Below are positions 1 to 10,100 of a stretch of DNA of 64,000 nt, one piece after another. The translations under genes and the position numbers were made by a program. How positions within the stretch are numbered: the first letter of the stretch is position 1; the number at the start of each line of letters is the position of its first letter. The stretch is from Diplonema japonicum (lineage: Eukaryota; Protista; Euglenozoa: Diplonemea): NCBI GenBank assembly GCA_964019335.1, contig OZ025734.1:353685-417684 (forward strand), read 5' to 3'. The notes under the pieces were generated by a model. That model was not told the origin of the DNA. It saw nothing but the letters and a program-made list of their open reading frames with translations, and made no database searches.

Positions 1-223
1 CCCGCAGCATCGATGCCATGCAGCCCCATTCCGTGCCAATGATGTCAAGAAATTTGCACAGCAGGTACAGTTTCAGAGGCCTTACTGATGTTTTCCAGGT
101 TGTCAAAGGCGAGGTAGGGGGTTGGCAACAGCAGGGACCCAAATAAATATTACTTCGACAATTCTCTTTTTTTTTATTTCTATTTTGTCAGCAGGCAATA
201 AGAACATTCGCATTGCAGGCTTG

Positions 224-276
224 CTGCTCAGAAGCCCAACCCTCAACAGCGTGTTACAGAGGTTCTCATCGCCCTT
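224..276 (-). ncRNA. Module D: probable box C/D RNA; other copies about 714-794, 45197-45310, 46024-46109
   Basis: CGAUGA box, hairpin AACCUC..AACA-CGC-UGUU..GAGGGUU, then GGGCUU-CUGA in this copy. Other copies have GGGCUUAU-CCG(A/U) with a CUGA further 3'. More variable than A-C. Confidence 0.5.
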
Positions 277-285
277 CGAAATGTC

Positions 286-362
286 ATATCTGACACAAGC
301 GCGAAGACCTAACGCTGCACAGGTGTCTGTCGCAGCAACGAAAGGCGCTTAAGCTGTGTGGG
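286..362 (-). ncRNA. Module B: single-hairpin AGA-box RNA; other copies 804-880, 45319-45395, 46119-46195
   Basis: ACACAGCUUAAGCGC...GCUGC-GACAGACACCUGU-GCAGC...GCGCUUGUGUC-AGA-UAU folds as a long hairpin ending in AGA plus 3 nt. Confidence 0.7.
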
Positions 363-378
363 CCGTCTCTTTTAGGTT

Positions 379-448
379 TCATCTCAGAGAGGACAAGTCA
401 CGGTGCACTCCGCAAAGGGGGTCATCAGAGGCCGTGTGCAAAACTCTT
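379..448 (-). ncRNA. Module A: single-hairpin AGA-box (H/ACA-like) guide RNA; other copies 635-703, 897-966, 45119-45187, 45412-45480, 45747-45815, 46212-46280
   Basis: RNA AAGAG-UUUUGCA-CACGG-C-CUCUG-loop-CGGAG-UGCA-CCGUG-ACUUGUC-CUCU-CUG-AGA. Lower stem AGAG/CUCU, pocket UUUUGCA/ACUUGUC, upper stem CACGG/CCGUG, AGA exactly 14 nt from the pocket top. Copies differ in the loop and by one U-G to C-G stem change (45794). Confidence 0.85.
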
Positions 449-495
449 ATGGTTTTTAGATGCCGAATATCAAGGTTTTCCTTTGGTAGTTCTTT

Positions 496-605
496 TGTTC
501 AGAAGGAATCCAACTTTTTCAAAAATATCGATCTCAGCTGGAAAAGGAGAACCCTTTCCATCGAGTGGTTAATTAAACATGTATTTTGAACGATCATCAT
601 TTTTG
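496..605 (-). ncRNA. Module C: box C/D snoRNA; other copies 45578-45686, 45885-45994
   Basis: Box C AUGAUGA (594-600), internal CUGA, terminal box D CUGA (499-502) preceded by AAGUUGGAUUCCUU. Internal hairpin UGGAAAGG/CCUUUUCCA. Conservation between copies drops just outside the boxes. Confidence 0.8.
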
Positions 606-1117
606 CAAAAACCCAACACACAGCCAAGTAGATCACATCTCAGAGAGGACAAGTCACGGTGCACTCCGCAAAGGGGTCATCAGAGGCCGTGTGCAAAACT
701 CTTTATTGCGAAATCAGCAACAAGATAAGGTATAATCGGATAAGCCCTACCCTCACAGCGTGTTGCAGAGGTTCTAAGAGTCCTCATCGCCCTTCGAAAT
801 GTCATATCTGACACAAGCGCGAAGACCTAACGCTGCACAGGTGTCTGTCGCAGCAACGAAAGGCGCTTAAGCTGTGTGGGCCGTCTCTTTTAGGTTTCAT
901 CTCAGAGAGGACAAGTCACGGTGCACTCCGCAAAGGGGGTCATCAGAGGCCGTGTGCAAAACTCTTTTATCGTCCAACATAGGTTAGTAGTTAAAAAGAA
1001 ATCCATTTTTGAGCGCAAGAAGGGGGGGGGGGGGGGGGGGGGGAACGAATTACTAAATGTTAGAGGTCTCAACTTAAGTGGAGATAGAAGAAGAAAAAAA
1101 AGGGGGAAAAAAAAAAA

Positions 1118-4100
1118 CTACATCAGCCCCTTTGTGGAAACAGCGGGGCTCTGAGGAGGGGAAATACTAACTTCCGCACTGCCTTCCCTGTCTCTGGCCG
1201 ATCTCGGCGTCCCTTCGGGGGTGCTCCGCTGACTGCCTCTCCGCATGAAGGACTGAATGCTTAGCGACTTCCGCAACCTGGACTTCGGAACGTTCTCAGG
1301 CCCCTCTAACATCCGGATATAGTTGGCAGCTGGGTTGGGACGCGACCGTGAAAACGTGGGAGTAGGAGGCGGCTCTACAGAAAGGGGTGGAACAACTTCG
1401 TTGTCCTGTGGCACGTCATTTGTTTCCTCTGCCCCCTCTTCTTCTACATCGGGAAGGGTGACAACAGGTTGTGCCGCGGTTTGTTGCTTCATGTCAAGCC
1501 ACTGCTCGGTAGTGAGCTCCATTTCAAGTGGATTGAGGATGTGGTCGCTGATGTCCTTTGTGCCCTGCATGGTGCGCTCCACAAAGTACTGTTGCCTGTA
1601 TGGCAGCACGCTGGCGGCTGCTGCCAGGCTTGCCAAGCCAACTTTCTGTTGAGACTCAACACCCTTTAACCATTCGCGTGTTTTATTCTTTTTCTTACCC
1701 ATAAGCGCGCACCATGTGTCGATTATGTTGTTCTTCATGACTGCGAAGATCTCCATGAAGGTGACGTCTCCGTCGCCGTCTTCGTCGAAGGCCCCCAGCA
1801 GGGCTGTTTGGAATCGACGGTGTTTCCCTTGCAAGACGAACAACGTCTTCCAGATCCAGAAGTAGCACAGAACCAACGCAAGAACTGTGAGGAGGTTCAC
1901 CGTTATCAGTGCGAGCTTCGCCATCAGGTTCACATGCTCTGCTAGCCCGTCTGTGAAGTATATCAACGCGATGTTCATGGTGATCACCTGTGACGTGAGG
2001 ATCAGCGTTTCCGTGCTGTGGTTCGCCTCTGCGATGAAGGGGTGCAGCACGAGGTTCAGAAACAAGAAGAACCCGATGACCCACTGCACGATGTAGATCT
2101 TGTTCCACAGCGACGACGTGAACGTACCGATAATCACCACCAACAGCTTTCTGGTCATCACCACAAATTCCCAGTACCAGTAGTCTGGCTTCAGCCCTCT
2201 GAACAAAAACCCCACCTTCGTCCTCACCGATGTGTGTTCCAAACACCAACTGTTCAGATACATGTAATAAATACACGCTCCCGGGATCGCGAGGCAGTAC
2301 ACGCAGAAGCACACGATGTTCCCCACAACATAGCTCCACCAGCGTGTTGTGTAGCACTGCACCCTCGGATCGGCCTTCAAATAGTAATCGCCGTGGGGCC
2401 CGATCTGCGAGCAGGGGAAGAGCCCAGCCATGATAGAGAGCATCAAGGGGTACATGAAGAAGAAGAAGACGATGAGCGAGCAGCTGACCTTGTCGTGCAG
2501 GCCTGTCTTCCATTCGTCGAAGATTATTACGGTCGAGGGCTCAGGTGCTGGGTAATATCTCCTGTCAGTGCCTGTGACACGGAAGATGACGTCATGCTCG
2601 CCAAGGATGTGCCCTACAACAGAGAAATGAACCTCAGAAGTTTCGGACGTGAATGCGAAAACAGGCGGCACAAATGTGAGGCCTGCACCGGTCGGGATCA
2701 GCGTCACGTCTGTCGGCGGGGCTTTCGTCACCAACGCTACGAGAAGCTGCGACTCCGTTCCTCTAAAAAGGTCTGGGAAGTTCGGCATCACGAAGCCTCT
2801 CGCCAAGTTCGCCATCTGGCTCTTCCGCTTGGACATCATTTCCGTCTTGCGCTCTTCCTCCTTTTTGCTCAGTGCAGTGTTAGGGATGAGATACCCCACA
2901 ATATCAGTGATCAAAGCAGGCACATGACCCCCATCACTTTCCTTCTCGCTGTCTTCTAACAAGAAGGTGATGTCTGTATCGAACGTGAGGCTCGACTTCA
3001 CATCGTCCTCTTCTTTCGTCTTCAGAGCTTGATACAACTGCACAGCCACGCCGCCTACCCACAGCAGGACCGTTACCACCACAGGGAGGAGCATCATGAA
3101 AAGCCATATGTCGTAGTAGTTGGAGTCGAAAAGGCAGCTGATGGGACCGATGCCAGTGTGCAGGCTGAACACCTTTTTGATCAGGGAGTAGAACCCAGAC
3201 ATTCCGGAGGGCCATTGTGTTTTCCCGTCGCTGGACGCCGCCACCATCTGCAGCCAAGACAGCACTTGCTTCATTTGGATGAAGCCCACACTCTTGACAC
3301 CCTTCACGTTGTCGATGTATGTGGTGTACATTACACCGCCGACCACCACCACCACCGCAAGGCATATGAGGAAGAATAGGATGATGTCAAGCCACAAAGG
3401 GTTGCACTTCTGGCAGATGTCACCAGAAAACCCGTACCCAGACTGGCAGTCCATGCACAGAATGCTGGTGTTCAGGTGCCCCACTCGGCACTGTGGTGCT
3501 TCGGTTACGTCACTAGGTCCCGTGCAGGCAGAGGACGGCCAGCACTTGTAAAAAGTTGTGTAGTGGTCGTAAACGACTGCTCTTTGGTCCGCATTGGCGA
3601 TATCAAGCAAGGCAGGGACGTCTGTTAACGGCCACCTCCAGTGTCCCTTCGAGACACGGATGGTCCATGTCCCATCGCACATACCCCCCACAGGACATGG
3701 CTTGCAGTCGGGTGTGAACAGCACTGCGTACTCACCAGGCAGGCAGTTTGCCCTCACAAGGGGGCTCGTGACCACCGGGGCAACCTCAGGTGAGCTTGGC
3801 ATGCTGAACTCGATGCTGTACTCGACGCCATAGAGGGCATGGGCCATGGTGATCCTTTCACACGAGCACACGAACAGGTTCGTGAACGAGTCGGGTCTGA
3901 AGATCCATTTCTGGCCCACGTTGCTGTCGTTGAACTCTTTCTCCGCCTGGTTGCTGATGACCTCTGCCTGCAGTACCATCGTCACGCTCGGTGCTACGGG
4001 ATTGTCCGCGTTGTCCAGCAACTCTACCACAGGCGCTGCCAGCTGCCGTGCTGGGTTCACAATCCTATCAGGCTCCTTGATGATCCTCAGCACCGAACCA

Positions 4101-7100
4101 GACCCCGCAGTCACTTCAAACTTGTATTTCTGCCTGATCCTAGGACCCTCGCTCCTTGCTAGCCCGGGCAGCGCGCTATACACTTCGAAGGTAAGCTCGC
4201 AGATGGCAGCCTTTGGTCGCTGCAGGTGTAGACCTCCTAGTACAGCTTGTCCCTTCCCGAGGCTCACATAAGGCATGCCACTGATGCCATGCAGCTTGAC
4301 AGCACCATGGTAGTTCAGCGTTGTCACGATCGACTGTTGGTTGACCACGACGGAGGTTATGCAGTTCACTCTGTGGCTGACCGTGACATGCAGCTCCTCC
4401 TGCATGAGGGGGTAGATGGCGTGCTTGCTAGCGTCGATGCTCTTGATATCCAACAGGGGGAACGTGGAGACCGACATCGACGGCAGCTTGATGTAAGTAT
4501 CTTCCGTTCCATTCTTTGTCACGCGCAGCTCGGTAATGCTGCCGACCACCTCGTAGGGCACTTTCCTGACGGACTCGAGGCTCCCATCTTGGCTCAGCTT
4601 GAGAAAGGAGCTCCCCTTCGTGCTTGAACGGAACCAAGCAGGCTGCACGCAGGTCGCTAAGTTCGATGATAAATACACAGCAGGGACTGTGGTATGGTGC
4701 GTGTCGTCATAGAAGGAGCACATGAGGTACCCTCCGAAGTCGAAGCCATAGCCACTGACTGTAACTACAGCACCACCTGTGGTGAGGCCTTTGGCAGGCA
4801 CAGCGGCTACAGGCGTGGCGCTGAACACTCGTCGCAGCTTTGCGTTGTTGTTGCTGGTGTACCTCTCGGGCCCTGCGAACGACACATCGACGGGGCTCCC
4901 AGAACACCCCGCATTGCTGTGGTTCACTGTCATGCACACGACGCTGGTCGCGTTGTAACGCAGCACTTCCATCTGTTGGGTTCCCACACGGCACAGGGGC
5001 AGCTCTCCACCAGACAGCGTCGGGAAGCCTTTCCCCAGAACGGTCACCGGCGTGCCACCCCTTGCATCTGCCACATTAGGCACGACAGCCTCCACGTAGT
5101 ACGTGTTCAGCGTCACAAGGCGCACGTTGCTCAATGAGCTGGACAATGCGTACAAAGCATGAGAACTGTTCGAGATGGTGAAGTCGTGTACCGCCTCTGC
5201 CTGCCCTGCGTAGTACGTGAACTGCAGTGAGCCTGTAACACGCAAAGGAGACGTGCTAAACCTGTACATCCAAGCAGGCTCTTCCTTCCCATCAACAATG
5301 GGGACAACGCTGACGTACCCGGACCCTGAACCGAGCTCTACCTGAAGCTTGGTCACCTTCCATGTTCCTGTGGTCTGCATCACGTCGGTGCAGTTGTTAG
5401 ACATCGCGCAGTCCACCATTGTTACAGGAGGCACCTTGAAGAGCTCCAGTTTGTTCACTCTAACTAATTTCAGGTAGTCCCTGTCCCGAACGGCCACGTA
5501 CCACCAGTCCCCTGTCGCGAAGAAGCTTTCGTACGAGATGTCGCCGTGCAGCTGGCTGAGGCCCGGGGTGTCCTTCCAATCCACAACTGAAACAATGGCA
5601 CCTGTAGTGCTATCGGTGAGCATGGCAGTCAAGCCATGCTGGCCATCGAGAGCCCCTGCCACTGCTATGTAAGCTCCGTCGCTGTACGCGAAGACGAACG
5701 TGTTGTAGGCCTGTAGGCTCTGCGTGTGCAGTATGGTGTTTTTTGCAAAACGCAGCTCCAACGAATCAACCGTCTCGTAGATGAAGCACCACAAGTCACC
5801 CACAGCAAGGGTCTCTTTGAGGACAGGCACACTCTGCAGCTGGGCGTACCTAGAAAGCACAGCATGCTCCCTACTTGCAGCGAACAGCTGCAGCGTGGAT
5901 TTTATTGTGAGGTTCGCCCGCCACAGAACCAAAAGCTCCACACCCCCAAAGCCTCCTTCGGCTATGAGATCGACAGTGGAGGACTTTAGCTCACTGCCGA
6001 TTATCTTTTTGTTAAAGTCCACAGATGCCGAGTAAGTCTTAGAATACTGCAGAGCACCGCCGGACAGCACGAAGACAGCAATCGGGGTGCTTGTGACCAT
6101 TACCCAGTTCACCAGGGGATCGTAGATTGTGATTGCCGTGCCAGTGTCCTTGTAGCTGATGCTTGCAGGTGCTGACAGCGCAGACCCACTCCGTGTGATA
6201 CCCACGTCCACAGACTGGCAGCTGATACCAATGTAGCCTGCTTTGCAGCGATCGCAGCTCGTCCCAGCAAAGTACCCATTAACAGGATCTGCGTAGCAGC
6301 TGCACGCTCCAGTCAACTGGTTGCACATGTACATATTACCGCTGCAGCTGCAATGCTGAAGACACTTACTGCCCCAGAACCCTGCCTCACACCTCTCACA
6401 AAGGTCTCCACCCCAATAGCCATGTGTGGAATTTCGTATGCATTCGCACCTGTTGGCACCGCAGTTCACCGCGTCCCTTCTGTACTGCTGACAGTGTATT
6501 TCCACCTTGCAGTACGTCTGGCAGGCCTCCCCGAAGTAGTCTGGGTCGCATGTGCACTGCCCCGTGCCTGTGTTCCCATCTGAGCAAACTCCGTTGGCGT
6601 TGCAGTGTCTTATCCTCCTCGCGTACACGGTGTAGCCAAGGCATTCCGCATCGCACATCGGGCCATAATACCCCTGATGACATATGCATTCCTTTCCCTT
6701 AGTGGCACCATTGATGCATGGCTGGGTGCAGTTCTCACCAACCCATCCTGAAGCGCACACGGTGCACGAACCTGTTGCATCGTTTGCCCAGTAGCCAGGA
6801 AGACCTTGCGAACATGCGCACAGCGGATCATACTGCAGGCAGATGCCGTTTCCGTTGCACGGGATACCGTTAGGAAGTATGCCGTCGCACCTCGTGTTAC
6901 AGTCGCTACCGCGCCATCCTGTGTCACATGTGCATTTCCCGTCCCCTGTTGCGCCGTCGTTGCATACACCGTGCAGTTCGTACTTTAGCAGAGTGCTGTT
7001 GTAAGCACCGCAGGGACTTCTGAAGGACCCAGGGCACTCGACGTCACACAACGCAGATGCAAAGCCAGGGAGGCACGTACACGTCCCTTGGTTGTTGCAG

Positions 7101-10100
7101 GACCCCTGACCCAGCACGCAGTCGGGACACTTCAGCTCACACATTGTGCCCACATAGCCTGTGTCGCAAATGCATTTGCCCGAGCCTGCCTTTCCTTGGT
7201 CACATAAACCATGGTTGCTGCAGGGTACCAAATGACCCGCCGATGCTCCAGGGCACCAGTTTTGGCACTGCTGACCCCATCGAGGCCCGCTGCACATGTA
7301 CTGCTGACAGTTGCTCCGGCCAACCAAGTCACACGCAGTGCCGCAGCGTACCTCAGCAGAACTACTGCATGTAATACAGACAGCAACAGCAGAGCCATTC
7401 AGTGCAGGGACACACTGCCCGAACCCGGAACAGGTTTGAGGCCCGCAACCCACGCAGGTTGCAGCCTCGGGACATTTGTATGAGCAGCCCGTTTCCACAG
7501 ATGTATACTGCGGCAGGCACGTCGAGCAGTCAACACCAGTCCAGTAGCCTTGCTCGCGTGACGCGTGGCATTGACACCTCCCTGTGACCTGGTCACACGT
7601 GCCGTGCAGGGAACACGGGGCAACAGCACCCCCTGAACACTCAATGTCGCACCCCGCTCCAGCCCAGCCACTCTGGCAGGTGCACGTTCCTGTAACTACG
7701 TCGCAAGTACTCACAACACCTCTACCAGAGCACGGTACGCCATTGCCGCTCCCCGGGCAGGGGCTGGTGCAGCCTGGGCCCCAGTAGCCAACCATGCATG
7801 TCTGACATGATGTAACAGAGTCCCAGTGGCCATTCATGCTGTCGCTGTGGCAGACACACACGGGTGCCTGAGTGGCGATATCCCATTCACACATGCCGTG
7901 TGTGTTGCAAATCCCTTCTGCGGTGTTCAGCCCAGGGCAGGGTGAGCCGCATGTGGCGCCCACCCAACCTTCGCTGCACGTGCAGTTGCCAAAGCCTATT
8001 TTCCCGTCGCTGCATATGCCGTTCCCGGAGCAGGCGTATTCGTTCGTAGAAGGGCATGACTTGTCGCACAGGCTACCATAAAAGCCTACTTGGCACTCAT
8101 TGCAGTCAGCCCCCATCCATGCCTGCCCGGGGACAAGGCATACACATTGCCCATCACCTGTACGGCCTTCCTTGCAGATACCCCTTCCGTGGCAGATGCC
8201 CTCCGGAGTATTAAGCCCAGAGCAAGGCAAGATGCAATCCCTCTCGTAATAGTTCGGGGCGCACTCGTCACACCTAGCCCCCACCCAGTACCCGAATATG
8301 TTGTCGAACAGGCATGAACATGTTCCCGTTCCGTGTATCCCGTCCGAGCATGTCCCGTGCCCGCTGCAAGGGTTGCAGGCACCGCCAGGACACTCTTGGT
8401 CGCAGTTAAGTCCGAAATATCCAACAGTGCATTCCTCACACGCTGTGCCACCCCAAGATCCCGTCGCACCGCCATTGTCGCATAAGCAGCTCCCCGTACT
8501 TGCTTCGCAGAATCCATGCCCACTGCAGGTGTAACTAAAGCCGGGTGCGTGTCCCGGGCATGTCTCGTTGCACAACGGCAGGAAGAACGGTGTCTGGCAT
8601 CTGTCGCAGACCACACCGTCCCAGTAGCCACCGAGCCTTGATGCTTCGCATGTGCACGACCCGTCGGTCGGTGAACAGGTGCCGTGACCTGAACAGGGGT
8701 TCGCAGCGCCTCCGAAGCATTCGATAGTGCACCCGTCACCTGCGTAGCCAGGTAAACAGCTGCACAGTCCCGTTCCTGTATGCCCATCGCTGCAGATGCC
8801 TCTGTTGATTCCGCCGCACGGGTTGCCGATGTTGGCACCTGGGCAAGATTGTTCGCAGTACTGACTGCTGTACCCTACCTTGCACACGCAGACACCATCA
8901 ACGTTGCAAACACCACCGTCTGCCGCGTAGCAAGTGCTGCAGTCATGTTCACATGCCACGCCAGCTCTGCCTGGGTTGCAGATGCACCTCCCGCTGCCAT
9001 ACTCGCCTGAATCACACGAGCCGTGTCCTGAACACACGAGGTCCAAGTTGGTAGGGCAAAAACACCCACAGACCCCCGCGCTGCATGTTGCGGGGTTGCC
9101 CCAGTTCTCAGCAGATGGGCAGACCGCAAGCGCGCATTCCATAGTAGTTCTTCGGCAATCCGAACCACAATACCCGCCGATGCAACTGCAACCAGAGTCC
9201 CCGCACGAGCCATGACCGAAGCACTCCCTGCCGTCGGAGTCCACTGCGCATACAGACAGGCAGCTGCCCCCTGACCAACCCAGCCCACAACTAGAGCAGT
9301 CTGTGCCGGCCCAGTAGCCTGAATCAGGTCCGCTATAACACGTGCATCTACCGTTGGTACCGCACTCACCATGCCCGTCGCACACCGTGTCTGGCATTCC
9401 CGGGCACATGATTTCACATGCTGTTCCACCCCATCCGACGTCACAGCTGCACTTGCCAGTCCCCAAGAAGCCTGCATCGCACCTACCGTTACCAGAACAT
9501 GCGGCACCACCAGGGCACCTGTGTTCGCACTGCAGTCCGTAGTAGTCAGCACTGCACACATCACAGTCCCTCATGGCATCCCATCCCTCAGACACGCATG
9601 TGCATGTGCCATCGCCGAACACCGTGTCGTTGCAGATGCCGTGGCCATAACAAGGCTCACCTACTACTAGCAAACCGGGGCATGGTGTGCACAGCGAACC
9701 AGTGAAGTTGGTGGCACAGGACGTGCAATGACCTGTTCCGTTCATGCCATAATCGCAAATCCCTTCTGAGGGACACAAACAAGGCTGTACACAGTCGAGT
9801 CCGAAGTATCCTTCTTTGCACCTCTCGCAATCCACACCGTCCCAGTGTCCTGTTATCTGTGAGCTCATGCATATGCATTCTGCAGCGTGAGTGCAAACGC
9901 CGTGGCCTGAGCATCCCTTTTCACCAGGCTTCCCACACATCGGACGGAAGAACAGCAGCACCCTTTCCGTGCTCCATTCACCGTTCATCTCGATTGTAAC
10001 TGGTGACTGCATGGTCGTGGATCTCGGGTAGTCCCCGCACAGCAGCCGTCCTTCATCCAGGTACGTCTGTGTCCCGCAGCGCTCACCGTTGATATGCACG

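Larger units (their letters stand above)
224..966 (-). ncRNA. Tandem snoRNA-like cluster 1; order in transcription direction A-B-D-A-C-A-B-D
   Basis: Four modules recur near-identically here and at 45119-46280 with variable spacers. Minus-strand reading shows AGA boxes (A, B) and C/D boxes (C, D). Confidence 0.8.

Noticed and set aside
1-130. Possible start of a further minus-strand gene (MASMLR...) at the window edge
   Set aside because: Too little sequence is available to support a call.
385-428. Module A read as a C/D RNA or hammerhead (CUGAUGA...CUGA)
   Set aside because: The box spacing is too short, there is no GAAA hammerhead core, and one copy mutates CUGAUGA to CCGAUGA while preserving the hairpin.
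448-460. AAACCAU resembling the snR30/U17 m2 motif on the minus strand
   Set aside because: It lies in a variable spacer, has no proper m1 partner and is at the wrong distance from a box.
224-966. CRISPR-like repeat-spacer appearance of the arrays
   Set aside because: The repeats are 50-110 nt, the intervening segments are themselves repeated modules with snoRNA boxes, no cas genes are present and the context is eukaryotic.
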